From the NCBI GenBank assembly GCA_964016885.1, contig OZ024741.1:183768001-183832000 (forward strand): 64,000 nt of DNA, in the 5' to 3' direction. Both the position numbers and the translations under genes were made by a program. This document shows positions 14,771 to 29,543 of the stretch, one piece after another (within the stretch, counting starts at the first letter, position 1; the number at the start of each line of letters is the position of its first letter). The notes under the pieces were generated by a model. It saw only the letters and a list, made by a program, of their open reading frames with translations, made no database searches and was not told the origin of the DNA. This stretch comes from Eledone cirrhosa (Eukaryota).

Positions 14771-15446
14771 GTGATTTTCACCTTGTAACTCGAGAACATC
14801 GGAAATAACTACCGAGAAGGCTATACTACCTTCTTCGTTTACTGGGTACAACTGTACCAGTTCTTTCAAGATGTTGTGGCAATAATTGCATTCGAAGAAA
14901 GACTGCTACAGAAAATATTCTGTACAGTGAGATTCTCAACAATATATTGTATAAAGTGAATGATGTTCTGAGATAAATAGCCTAATTCATATATAAATTT
15001 GAGTACAATGTGTGTGTTTGTGTGAATCTATGCGTATGTTTGTGAGAATGTATGCGTATTTATGTGAATATATGTGTGTGAGTGCGTATTTTTGTAAATG
15101 TGTCTGTGTTTGTGCGTTTATATTAATATAGTCATACATATAAATGTATGCATATACACATACACGTCAGCGTCTTGAAAAAAATTCTAGTATTTTAAAT
15201 TTCATTATCTGTTATCTTGTTAAATACTTTTATTTAGATTTACATCTGCCAGGTTATGCTTGATATTTATTACATCGCCACTAACGCTATAAGTTATTTA
15301 AATCCTAACGCTATCTGTTGCTTAGCTTATTATCATAAAGATCGATAATTAACTTAGTGAAACTGTGTTAAGAATATCTTTAAATTTAGACGTCATATTA
15401 AAAGTAAAAAATAAACAAAACCTAAAATTTCCACGTGTCTCACTTA

Positions 15447-15936
15447 GAGGGTCGATAAAATAAAGTACCAGTCATGCACTGGGGTCGATTTAATCGACTT
15501 TCTCCTCCCCCCAAATTGCTGTTCTTGTGCCTACAGTAGAAACAATTATTATTATCATTATCATTATTATTATAAGGGCGATGGATTGGCAATATCGGTG
15601 GAGCGTCGGACAACATGCTTTGTGACATAGAGTTACGGCTCTTTACGTTCTGAATCCAAATCCCACCGAGGTTAACTTTGCCTTTCATTTTTTCCGGGTC
15701 GATAAAATAAAGTACCAGTCACGCACTAGGGTCGATTTGATCGACTTTCCCCTCTCCCAAAATTGCTGGCCTTTTGCCTATAGCAGAAGCCAATGGCAGT
15801 ATCGGTGGAAGGCCGGACGCCATGCTTTCCAGCATAGTTACGTCCCTTTACGGTCTGAGTTCAAAACCCTTCAAAGTTAACTCTGCCTTTAATCCTTACG
15901 GGGTCGATAAAATAAATACCAAAAGTAGAAACAATT
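15447..15936 (+). mobile_element. Three head-to-tail main-family SINEs
   Basis: Repeated GGGTCGATAAAATAAA core and AGAAACAATT tails; heads at about 15576 and 15794. Confidence 0.9.
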
Positions 15937-15940
15937 GCCT

Positions 15941-17642
15941 ATTGGTTCTGTGCAGACATGTTGTAAACTCCTGTAATTTTATTGTTTTCTCTCATTCAAA
16001 TCGTTGTTACAAAAGGGGCATAAGGCATCAGCCTTTGCCCTCAAGAAGGGAGGCCCTTTTACAATTTGAATTTATGCCCACAAATCATATCACGTGACAG
16101 CGACTCGAACAGGAGTCCAAAGGGTGACAATAGTGCCACCACCTCCAACCCCAGCACTGTCATTAACACTACTATAAATTTCACCAACAAAGTCACTGTC
16201 GCCAAGAAGAAGAAGAACAACAACAAGAGTGGCTGCAGAAACACCGGCAATGACAACAACAGTAGCAACAACAACAACAACAACAACGCGATAACGACAA
16301 AAATTACAAAAGCACGTTCGCAGCAACGGCTGCTCAAGCCATGGAACAGCTCCCTGTAGGGAATAAAGTTTGGGTCAGGCAGCCAAACTTGTAGCAGTTG
16401 AAAAAACCTGGACCAACATTAGAACTACAGCACCAACAACAGCACCAGCAAATCCAACAACGCAACCAGGAACAGCTAAATAAACACCACCACCATCACC
16501 ACTGCCACCACCACTAACACCACCACCACCACCACCACCATCACCACCAACAACAACAGTAGCTGTAAGAATCATAAAAGCATCCCATGGGGACTCCCAG
16601 CACAGCTCTACCTCATGCTCTTACAAATACTCACATACATACACACTCACTGACACACTAACACCACATGACCCATCTGAGTCAAATGACTCAGACACAG
16701 AAACCTTCTATTCTCGCAGCGAGGAAGAGTGGGGAGCCCAAAAGGCCCAAGAAACAAAATAAAAGAAGCATAAAACTAAAAAAAACATCTTGCATTATTC
16801 CAACACACTCCAGAAAACTAACAAATCACACTCAGTCCAAACAAAACCACACCTCCATCTAGAGCAATTCCAACACCAACATCATATCTGGCAACACAAA
16901 TATCACAAGCAAAATCACCAATGCCACAACAACCACAGGCAACTACAAAAAGAAAACACACACAACAATAAAACCAGACAGTCATAAATACAAGACCAAT
17001 TAAACACACACACACCAAACTTTGTGATACCCAGGAGAACAGAAAAAACTGATGGACACAGGAGGAACAGAGACGGAGGGAGATATATTTGGTACCAGTA
17101 CTTTCATAGTATCCCAAACCTTATCTATAGCACGCATGTTCCTACAGACATACAAAAGAATGAGGGAGAGCGTCCCCCATGACGTGGAAACACTAATATA
17201 AAAGCTACAAATATGCTTTAAAGGGGTTCTCAAAGGAAACCACATCAGATATGGAAGCCAATCTCCTCAATCTCCAACAACACCGGAAGGGAAAGTAGAC
17301 TCCTTTCTCTCTTTCTCATAACTATTTCCGGCCAACATAGTGATTTTAAGAGTAAGTTGCATAAATGTACGTGGCTTTGGGTCACCATGGAAACAAGGCC
17401 ACTTGCTCAACAACATCAAGTCGCTAGCTATGAATGTCACAGCCGTCAGTGGGACCAGGGTTTCCGCCACACACGCACCATACTCCATTCTTAACGATTT
17501 TGAGATCTACACACCTTGATTAGAAGGCTGGGTGGCAGTACTGTTTAAGGAAGGCTTGGATCTTGAAGTACCGATGATCTTCCTGGATCAAGACGGTAAG
17601 TTGGTGGTCCTAGATGAAGGTAATGTTTTTAGACTGCTAGCC
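15941..17642 (+). mobile_element. Tx1/L1-like LINE copy A, 5' part (UTR, decayed ORF1, N-half of APE)
   Basis: 5' UTR layout like copies B and C; from about 17337 encodes ILRVSCINVRGFGSPWKQGHLLN...GKLVVLD...NVFRLLA, homologous to ORF2 of copy C. Confidence 0.8.
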
Positions 17643-17647
17643 GACTA

Positions 17648-20170
17648 AACTCTTCAGTCTACAGGTGGGTGGTCAGAATAGGCCCATCCACTTGGGTCGT
17701 TCCTGCTACATTCACCTATTATTTAACAAATGTACGGGGGGAGGAACAACACTTCTCTCTTCATCCCCACCCTCCTTTCCAAGTGGAACTTGAAAACGTT
17801 AATGAAGGCTTCGCCGAAGAGGAAAGTGGGTCTTCAGTTATTTCAGTTGCATCCACGACACAACCTTTTTCGATATATCCACCAGGCAGAGGGAAAATGC
17901 TTGCTTTTCCTGGCTAAAAGAAGCAAACCTCACGATAGAGTCGGTCGATAGCCGGATCTGTCCTACATGCGACAAAACTCATCAAGTCAGCACCGCTAGG
18001 ATACTGGACGAGTGCGTACAGAATGGTTTCATCGCTCTGAGCGCATCGCCCACAGGTTCGTGTGACAGCATTTCCATTGCCGTAGAGTTTGTCTAGACAC
18101 AGCAGTGTCCGCCGGTAGCACTGCCAAGGAATTCTGAAAATAGTCGATAGACTTCGGGTCAAATGTTCTCCGGAACAGACTAGTTAGTTCAATTTCGTTG
18201 ACGCCCAGAGTTTCTCCGAGAACGTCCACTACTACTCTCGTTCTTCACTTGACCTACGACTGCAGTTCAGACAAAGAGACGAGAGACGGAAGACTTGTCT
18301 CACAAATAGTGACCATATACTCACCGTTTAGGAACACTTGGAAATGCTGCAGTCACAGTGCACCCCTGCACATCATCAGCCACAGTATACTCAGCCCTCC
18401 ACATAGAGGGTGTTCACAGCAGATAGATCTCCTGAACAATGGAACCTATCCTTTCCACAAAGTGGAATTTAATTAGGTGCGGACGGAGGAAAGGCACGAC
18501 GGTCAGGTGGTAATAGATGACGGCCCGTATTCGCCACCTCTGCTCAACCATTCAGGGATAGCTTTATCTCGGCCCATTTCTAGGTGATAGTGACCCCCGT
18601 GCTCGTTACCTTGTTCCAGTTCTTATCACCTGGAGGTCTGAACCAAATCAGACCCTGAGCAACTTAACCGATCCCTCCGTAAAGCGTCCGGTCATGCTGT
18701 TGAACGGCATGGATTTGCTTTTCCTGGTGCCGAGCTGCAAACCCACTGACACTTTAAAGTTGATCTTTACTCCCATCAATCTTTCATATCCCTCTAAGAA
18801 GGTGTTGACCACCTCGATTTCCGGGATGTTCAGCACGATCACGGAGAGTCTGTCCGTGAATGCCTATGCAACTTTTCCACGTCCTGTTCAGCAGTTCCAG
18901 CTTCCGCAGTAGTTCCTCATGTGTCAGTACATACAGAAGGGAGAAAAGAAGGCATCTTTGACTGACCACGTGCGGGATCTGGAACGGTTCCGATAGATAA
19001 TAATTTACTTTGAACACTGAGCAGATGCCTCTGTGCATTGCAGCGATCCTGCCTCAGAAGACGGGACCGAAGCCGGCTGCCTTGAAGGCGACCTTTAGGT
19101 ATCGATGGTCGAGCCTATCGAAAGCTTTCGATTGATCCAAATTGATCAATCCCATCGAAGCCAAGTTTACTCTCTACTCTCTCTATGACGTATCGCAGGT
19201 TTACTCCTCCCACAAGAGACACATGCTGACTAGCACCAATCTCGTTGTTAGCACCTCATCCAAAATCTTTAACTCTGTGATGAGCCGAATTTTGGGCCGG
19301 AAAATATTTATTACATCCCTCTTGTTCTCGTCTTTCCTCATCAGCGTTACTACGCCCCGGCATACAGAACTGGGAATTTTCTCGTTCTGCTGCCAATTTC
19401 TATCAGTAGACGGCTTCTAAGAGATCGGAGAACAAATCTGGCATGTCTACATAAAACTCATAGGGAAGATCATCCAAATAGGGTCATTTGCGCCTCGTAC
19501 AGCTGGACAGGGCTTCTCGTATCTCGGCTGCTGTTATCGGTTTTGCGCAGCATTTCGCATCAGCCGTTCAGAGTCGCAGCAGGCTATGGAGGTGGGAGCT
19601 GTAGTCTTTTACCGTCTTCAACCACCCGCTCTCCCCCGAACAGTCGTGCAAGTGCTGCTGAAAAGCTACACACATCTTCGACCAGCACGCATTGTCACTG
19701 AACGTTAAAGACCGAATTGTGGCTTTGTTGCCACGCCACACCTCTGCTACTAGAGCCCATCGAACAGTGTTCGTTCCCTAGTTTCTTTAACTCCGACAAT
19801 CCAATATTCGTGTTTCACTTTGAAATAAAAAACGGTAATTCTCGTAGCTAGCAGTCGCCTATCGCTACTTCTGTATTAAATGCTATTGATTCTATTCTAA
19901 TTGCTCTCTGGAGAGCGCCACACAAGCTGTTATTGGTAACTTATCCTGGCAACTGGTGGTTAACTAATGTGCTAATCTAGTCACTCTAGGCTTTACATGC
20001 CGGCAATGACACGTTGAGTTTCCAGTAACTGTGTCCCAGTCTACGAGTTCTATCTAGGTTGACCATGCAGATAACGAATTTGTAATCAGAATAGGTAACC
20101 GTTTAGAAATTGTGGACCACCTCTGCTATTATCCCTATCTGCTAACCTAATCAAAAACCTATCTATAGGT
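17648..20170 (-). mobile_element. Tx1/L1-like LINE copy A, inverted 3' part (APE end, RT, C-terminus), decayed
   Basis: Minus strand gives YWKLN, NLDQSKAFDR, SVGLQLGT, WQCYR, CGRCAQSDETILYAL and FFKFHL, colinear with copy C. Confidence 0.85.
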
Positions 20171-20428
20171 CGAGAAAATAAAGCATCAGTCAAGTACTGG
20201 GGTTGATTTATTCGACAGCCCCACCCTCCCCTCATACCAAAATTAACTGACCTTGGGCCTAAATCATTATTATAAGTCCGTGTTTCCGACTTAAAATCCC
20301 GTCAAAGTCAACTTTGCATTTTATCCTTCTGTAGTTAATAAAATAATGCACCAGTTATGTACTGATGTGATTCAATCGATTGTTATCCGTTACAAAATTG
20401 TGACCTTGTGCTTAAACTAAAAATCATT
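20168..20428 (+). mobile_element. Two degenerate main-family SINE pieces
   Basis: Diverged core and CCTTGTG..TAAA tail; further diverged copies near 4292, 12720, 13300 (-), 20770, 39770 (-) and 58075 (-). Confidence 0.65.
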
Positions 20429-21499
20429 TTTGTTGTTCCTTCCCAGGTCAGTCCTTATCTAGCAGACCGATGATTGAAACATTCCATCTGACCATATTAG
20501 CTTTTAAGTTTAAATCAGGGAAAACATTATTAAATGTATCTTTCTATATTTAAGACCTATATGGTGTGGATAGAGGAAAACTTGACTTTATAGCAGTTTG
20601 AGTGATCGCCTAGAGACTCTATTGTTGGATCGTTTAGTTGTCACCATTATTAACCTTGATAACTTTGATAGGTTTCGGCCAGTATTGGCCCAGGCCATGT
20701 CTAACTTAATAGCACCACCTATTAACATTAGAATATTGTTTAACAATGGTTAGTAACGCCTCTCCATCTCCTCAGCTCAAATCCCTGCCGAGGTCGAGGC
20801 AACATATAATTCCTTCGGGGAGGAGGGTTGATAAAATAAGTACGTGTCATATACTGGTGTCCATTCATGTGTCTATACTCCTCCTCCTACATAACGAGCA
20901 TATCAGACAACCGTATCATACTTCTAAAATTAGAAAACAGAATTCATTGTTACATTTGTTCTAACTGACACCCCTCACTTAAATGGCCTTCATATTCTGG
21001 CATTTTATGGCATTTGAAAAAGCAACAACAAAACCCCCAAAACAAATGATTTTACGATACATGGTCATTGTCTTTTGCTTAAGAAAAGGGCATGGATGGG
21101 AGCAGGACTGAAGTTTAGCCAATTGGACCAATTGTCTAAAGGGTCTCTCGCTAGAGTAATCTACTCTCAACTCGTCAAGTACACATAACAACACATTACA
21201 ATATGTATAGCACCAAATTGATCTCCGCACCTTCTAATGTTGACTCTGGAAGGGAAGATTTAACAGTTTTTTTTTTCCAGTAATCTCTTTCTGAGACACT
21301 TTTCCACCTCTCATTTGAAACGAATTCTTCATATTTCATAAAGAAAAAATATAAAAAATCAATTTTAAAATGGTGGTTTTGTAGAAAAAGAGCTAACTAT
21401 ATTTCTTAAAGAAGTAACAGTCGTTATTGCCAGAGAAACTGGCTACAGAGAATCCAAAGACTCAGTCTTCGAAGACGAAATAAAAAAAAAAATGTCTTT

Positions 21500-21869
21500 G
21501 TTGTGATTATGGTAGTTATGGCTGTTATTATTGTTGTTGTGTTTGTTGATGTTGTTGTTGTGGTGGTGGTGATCGTCGTCGTCGTCGTCGTCGTTGTTGT
21601 TGTTGTTGTTGTTCTTCTTCTTCTTCTTCTTTACTACCAACATTCATCATCATCATCATCATCATCATTAGCACCGCCTCAACTACCAACACCACCGGCA
21701 CCAGTATTTCTTCCTCCACCACAGCCGCCATCCGCCATCACCACTACCATTATTATCGTTATAGTCTAGAGTAATAGTTACAAACTACAGGGGACTGCAT
21801 AAACACACACACACACGCACACACACGCACACACACACAAACACACACATACACACACACACACACACG

Positions 21870-21904
<35 letters not shown>

Positions 21905-21912
21905 GCACACAC

Positions 21913-21994
<82 letters not shown>

Positions 21995-22600
21995 GACGTA
22001 TTTCACCAACATCTTTCTCGTCATTTCCAATTAACTTTAAATATCGCATGCACGCCGCTCCGCTCCCCCTTCTTCCCCATACACTCAGTTTCTCACCCTC
22101 TTCTTTCCCCTATACCTCTTCACCCATTCCTTCCACCTACTTGAAATATTTTCCTTCAATATTTCCCTTCTATCTTTCTTTTCTCTCTGGCCTTCCATAC
22201 GTCCATCCATCCTCTACCGCAGCCCATGATTGTCATCTATCTCTAACAAACCTCCTAACCACACTTACCACCAGCATCACCTATCACCTCCGAACGCCGA
22301 CCACCACAACAACCACTACCACCAGCACCAGTATATAACCGCCTCCCCACCATTACCACCACCACCAACAGCATATACACTGCTATCGCAGCCACCACCA
22401 CCACTACCAGCACCAGCACCAGCACTACCACCACCACTATCTCTCGAAAAACGAGTCTCTTAGTCAACGTAGTTACATCTCACTAACAACATTGCTTAAA
22501 ACCATACGGACACACACACGTACACATATGCACGTCCACATCCATAATGCATTTACACATACACACATACACACATACACATTTACACACACACACACAT

Positions 22601-22637
<37 letters not shown>

Positions 22638-22915
22638 TACACACATATACACGCACACACACATACACGCACACACATACACACACACACACACACACAC
22701 ATATATATGCGTACACATCTAGACACATATACACAGACAGCCAAAATAAAGACACCTACAAAACATATACACAAATATAGACGCAAATATAGACGCGTAT
22801 ACATATATCAGGCATATAACACGAGCATACATACACGTGCAGTCTACTTAGATTTCACCAATAGAACTACTTAACACCTCACATTCATACACTCGCTTTG
22901 AACACAAACACGCAA

Positions 22916-22975
<60 letters not shown>
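21500..22975. repeat. Mixed trinucleotide and (CA)n low-complexity tracts
   Basis: Directly visible. Confidence 0.85.
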
Positions 22976-22977
<2 letters not shown>

Positions 22978-23137
22978 CTCCATATGCGCACAGATTCGCA
23001 AGTACGTTAAAACGCAAACATATTCACAGAGTAAAAGAGGATAGCTGTTATAACCACACACACATTTTAAACGCACATGAATGTGGCATATTGTTATATG
23101 TTTCTACATAAATTGCTTTCTATTTCACTTCATTCTC

Positions 23138-23171
<34 letters not shown>

Positions 23172-23172
23172 G

Positions 23173-23219
<47 letters not shown>

Positions 23220-23389
23220 GTATGCATATATGTATATTACACACGTACATCATTTATTTCTGACAACGGAGCCGATGTTTCGCTCGGTGTCGTTGTCTAG
23301 AATATAAATTTTATTATACTCTACTAAATCAGTATTGAGCTCTTTATTGCACTTTGTGGTTCTTCTTTTAATCAACACACACACACATC

Positions 23390-23462
<73 letters not shown>

Positions 23463-23471
23463 ATATATATA

Positions 23472-23507
<36 letters not shown>

Positions 23508-24580
23508 AAGGCTGGATTATGCGTGTCGTAAAAAGTGACGGCTGTTTTATTAAATATAAAGAAAAGCGCATCCTTTTCAAACGATGGCTAGAACTATTGA
23601 TAAATTTCTCACCTAATGATTTCGAACTTTCTATTGAATAGTAAAATATTACATTTTAATCTCATCCAAAGGTTAGTGACTATTAATTCGAAAATTTGAT
23701 GGTGCATAAAAAACAACCAAACAAGCAACCCCCCACCCACCACCCATTCGCTAAAAACGACGTCTCGCAACGGTTTATAAGCACATAAAACTTGTGCTGT
23801 TGAAAATGACAGGTTTTAAAATTATAACATATTTTGTTGCTACACTGGGAAGTTTAATGTTAGTTATAAAAAATATTAATTAAAAAAGATGATAGAATTT
23901 TTTTTCTAAAAATATTACATCATTACCTCGAATATATTTATAAAACATTGAAAGGCTTGTTGTTTTCTATTTTGCTAACATGTCGAAACCGTTCAGAAGG
24001 AAAATGTAATAATGAAACAGAAGCAATGAACGACATAATATACTGTACATAGTTTCTATTTAAGCACTGCCACTTCACTTACTTTGTGTATATATACACT
24101 TCCACAAACGCATACTAATAGTAAATATATGATACAATCGAAAGACTTACATGTAATTATCATTACTCCAAATTCCATTTCCTACTATATTTATTGTTAA
24201 AACTGCCAGACAATTCATGTATAGTCTACGTGTTACATCGTTATTTATCAGTATACCAAGGTTGTTTAATGAAGAATAAAACTAAACTGTTACTCGAACC
24301 AATCCTGATTTTCATACTCTTAATCACTCACATTTTGCTAGTCAGGGCAGTGTAATAAACACTTCATTCTTCCACTTATATTTTGCTTGCCATTCGTTTA
24401 TTCGCTGTTTGTCATTTGGTATCTTCCCATTAACATATCGCCTTAGTCTGACAGCAAACATTACCACTAAGCTCATTATTAAACCGTATCAATCTATTTC
24501 AATTTGGTACATAATTTATTAATGCATATTTATTGAACGGCTAAGTTGCATTTTTTTTTTTACCATCTGAGGGACAACTG

Positions 24581-24768
24581 CAGACCTGTCAACTCTCCCC
24601 GTCCGATGGGGAGATCTCCCACCCACTTTTGGGTGTTTGAGAGATGTCTTGTGAAAATGGATATAGCTTTCATTATGTAAAATCTCCCCATTTTGCCTAA
24701 TTTTCCCCGTTTTGGAGGCACTATATTTCATGGTACTCACCGTTTTAGCTTTTAGAGGTTCAGGTCTT
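24581..24768. mobile_element. hAT-type MITE (empty copy)
   Basis: Same sequence and TIR as 3898; degenerate TSD GACAACTG / TTCAACTG. Confidence 0.85.
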
Positions 24769-25849
24769 CAACTGAGTAGGAAACAATACCCCGGTCATTC
24801 ACCTTTTCCTTTTCCCTAACCACTCATCAGAAGACCTTTCAGTTTATAGTTTCATCTCATACATCGGATCATCCACCCTTTACATTCAGAAGAATTGCTA
24901 TTTATTCATAGAGCGAGCATTCCAAATGGTTATACTTCGGCATCTCAGTTCCGTTAATCTCTATACACACCTAACACACAAGCTGACTCAATATATTGCT
25001 CTATCATACTCACATGTGTTATGGCTATGGCTATGGTTATGGTTATGGCTTTTCCGACACAAGCATTCTGGCACACGGCATCACGCAGTTAGTGTAAACG
25101 GTTTTTAGGGCTTGTTTAGTCCCGGCTGTTCATTTTTGGAATTTATAGTTCAGAGACACAAGGAAAGGGTGGAGCCCGGCATATTACGTAATGAGATTGT
25201 AGTTGTTTCAGTTAATAATCGTTTTATTATACAGAAATAGTTTGGCGGAATGTACGGCAATGGCAAGAGACAGGACAAGATGGAGAGTGTTGGTTCATAA
25301 GTCCATGACCCCCCAACCCTCAGATATGAGGATGGAATGAGAAGGAAGGATACAGAAACTACGTAATATGATTGCAAGAGCTTGATAATATCTGTCCTCC
25401 CCATACCGATGGCTGGTGTGGGTTTGTGGTTGGTTTACGGTATATAGGGATACCATTACGGTAAATGGTTTAGCGAAATTATGAATGCAGAAGAGTGGTT
25501 GTTATACGTTATTTTCTGAGTGCTTTGGTTGTGATTTAGGGTAATCAACGATCTTACTTGCATGCACACGATCCTACAGTAATGCTGAACAAATAAACGG
25601 ATTTCAAAAACAACAAAAATCAAGCATTTCATTCCACTCTCTCATTTTCTCTCCTTCTTGCCCCTCTCACTATGTATATTTGTTTTATAAATGTGTGTGT
25701 GTCTCACATATGTATGTGTATATATAAATACTATTTGGTCTATGGTTTTTATATATTTGATATATATATTATCCTTATCGAACCCTCTTCGGATTTGAGT
25801 CTTCACATTTATTATTATTACTATATATATATAATGTAGAAACAATTAC

Positions 25850-26068
<219 letters not shown>

Positions 26069-26685
26069 AATTACGGCTTGAGCTCTGGCGTCGGGGTCAA
26101 ACATAGTCCTGTTCTCACTCTACTACCCTAAGTATTGAGTACTCTGGTGCGTTATGGTCCATCTGGTTCTTTACCATACCTCCTTCGTTATAATATATAT
26201 ATATATATATATATAAATTTCTAAAGACCGTCTGATGTTTCTTCCTTAATCATCAGACGTCCTTTAGTCACTCTGATAAGCGATCGTCCATGACGCTAGC
26301 AAGCCACATATGATCACTCAATAATGCAGACGTCGATTACTCCATTCAATGGAAAGTTCAGACCAAATCCATGCCATCGGAAATGGGAATTTGTATTGAT
26401 GAACGAATGAATATCTTACAGAGATTACCTAATAGTACTTGTCTCAATACAAGAGCCAATTTTTTAATCGCTGTGAAATACATGTTACGTAACTACAAAG
26501 ACTCAGGATAAATCGTATCCAGAATGAACTAACGCCATCGCATCAGTCTAACTTCAGTTGTCTCCCTTATCGCCATTGAGCAAAATTCAGTTAGTGTATA
26601 TATACTTCTGTTCTCAGCACAACCTCACTCGGGTTGAAAATCCGGTAGGTGAACCGCAAGTCCTCGGGTATGTTGTGGAACTAAT

Positions 26686-27159
<474 letters not shown>

Positions 27160-27555
27160 TATATCATAACTCGTGTGTTACACCTCTATTCTTTTATATA
27201 TATATATAAAAGAATCCGGCGCTCGAGTTTATATAATTATTACATAATTATTGGAAAACTCAAAACACGGACGAAACCATGGTAGAGGTATTTAAATGTA
27301 TTCTATTTTCTCCTAGTTTATTTTAAACCTAATTCTGCTTAGTTGACTGTATCTAGGCGATTACGCTGTCGAAATATTCGATAAATATTCCACTACGGCC
27401 GACGTGAAGCGCTAGTTTTGGTTATTTGTCGGAGATTCCTTCATAGAAGCCTCATTCGTTTAGCCTGGTCTATTCGATTTTTTATATAGTTAATTATGCT
27501 AATTGGGAGAGGAAATAGTATATATTTTATCTTGTGATTCTATAGACATGTTTTA

Positions 27556-27650
<95 letters not shown>

Positions 27651-28404
27651 CATATAATATATATATGCTTGTCTGTGTGTGTGTGCGTGCGTGCATGTGT
27701 ATGTGTGTTGAGTGTAAATGTGTGCGCGTGTTTTGTATATAAGATGGAAATTCGCACATTGACCGTTTGCCAAATTTCATTTGCATGCCATTGCTCCAGG
27801 TTGCAATGAAAGACACTTGAGTAATGTGTTGCACAATGGAATCTATTCTGGGAATACGTGGTTGAAAATCGAGCTTCGTAATCTCAGGACTAAGCATTTG
27901 ATATCTTCACTGTATGTATGTATGCATGTATGTATGTATGTTTTTCTCTCTCTTAATTTCGAGTACATTTTTGACCAGCCACCTTCCTGGTGGCAAGGTT
28001 GTAAAAGAAAAGAAATTGTCATCCCTTGAATCGCAAGAATGTTTTACAAATTTTGAAGGTGCCAGCTATCGCAGCCATTTGTAGTCTATGAATTAGGGAG
28101 CTGTATGTATGTATGTATGTATGTATGTATGTATGTATGTATGTATGTATGTATGTATGTATGTATGTATGTATGTATGTATGCATGCATTCATGTATGT
28201 ATGTATGTATGTATGTATGTATGTATGTATGTATGTATGTATGCATCTATGTATGTATGTATATACGTAAGTATGTATTTATGTATGTATTTATGTATGC
28301 AAGTATGCATGTATACATGTATGTATGTATATATGTTTGTATGCATGTGTATTCGTGTATACATATATGTATGCATGTATATTTGAAAATTTTTGAAGTG
28401 AATA

Positions 28405-29155
28405 AAAGCCTTGCACACAACTAATCTCACTCTCTGAGCATGGAAACATGTACCGAAAAGAAGAACTGGTCAACATCATCGGGTACCCTCAACACCGCAG
28501 GTGTTTATTCGGAGTATCCCTTTCCTAGTGAAGTGTTGTGACAACAGCTAAGGAGGCATATCACTCCCAGCGGCTTTTCTGCAGGCTTGGGCGCCAACCC
28601 AGGTATTTCCTTTCCAGCGCACACGTGTACACACTATCTAAAAAAGAAGTTAAAATGTATATGCAAAAGCACACTTTTGTACATCCGAGGATATATAAGA
28701 GAAACGAAGTATTTAAATATATAAAAGTTAAAAGAATTAAGAGTTTAAAGAATTAAAAATATATACAAAATAGGTATACGTATGCAAACAGACACCCGAG
28801 GATATATGAAATATACACATACATATACACACACACATATACATATATATATATATACATATACACACATACACACACACACAAATAAAAAAATGCATAT
28901 ACTTAAGTATATAGAGATAGAGTGCTTATACACCCACACACACACACGTACACAGTATTTGGATGGCCGTTGACTCTATTGAGTTCCTCCGGCCTTTGTC
29001 GAGTTATGTTTTTCATCCGGCAGTGTTTCCTAATATCACCCACCTCACCAAGCAAGCTCGGTGCGGTTGCCGGTTTAGTCAGCGACGACCCGAACATGCA
29101 ACAGGTTGTACTGGATTACATGTTACCGATAGCGCTCAAGAGCGACCTGACATAA
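28405..29155 (-). mobile_element. Diverged 5' part of the short RTE-derived family, split by a low-complexity insert (about 28620-28955)
   Basis: Inverted homology to 29544-29900 (GATGATGTTGAC..TTCTTCTTTT and GAGTCAA.GGCCATCC blocks). Confidence 0.75.
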
Positions 29156-29372
29156 GCCAAACTCACGTAGATTATGATCTGAAAAGGTGTAAGGAATGTA
29201 GAAAGGAATGAGCATGCATGGGAGGTTTTGAAAGACATATGAGAACACGCAGTCAGAACCAAGCAGTGGGAAGTCCCAGAGGAGCCTACAGTTGCCATGT
29301 GTGTGCCAGAGGGTGTAAGTCTGGCTTAAAGAGCCACATTCGTGCCTCACATTTTTGAGCATTTTATCCATT
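29156..29372 (+). mobile_element. RTE-clade LINE 3' end with (TATG)n tail
   Basis: Encodes DYDLKRC and YSCHVCARGCKSGLKSHIR, the C-terminal C2H2 motif typical of RTE/BovB-like ORFs. Confidence 0.7.
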
Positions 29373-29410
29373 ATGTATGTATGCATGCATGTATTTATGT
29401 ATGTATGCAC

Positions 29411-29441
<31 letters not shown>

Positions 29442-29543
29442 TGTATGTATGTATGTATGTATGTATGAATGTATGTATGTATGGATGTATGTATGTATGT
29501 ATGTATGTATGTATGTATGGATGCATGTATGTATGTATGTATG

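Noticed and set aside
25094-25578. Solo LTR (TG...CA)
   Set aside because: No matching TSD and no second copy in the window.
26225-26265. Minus-strand CTGATGA-ttaaggaa-GAAAC hammerhead
   Set aside because: Stem II is only two A-U pairs, stem III is absent, and a simple 9-bp hairpin explains the pattern.
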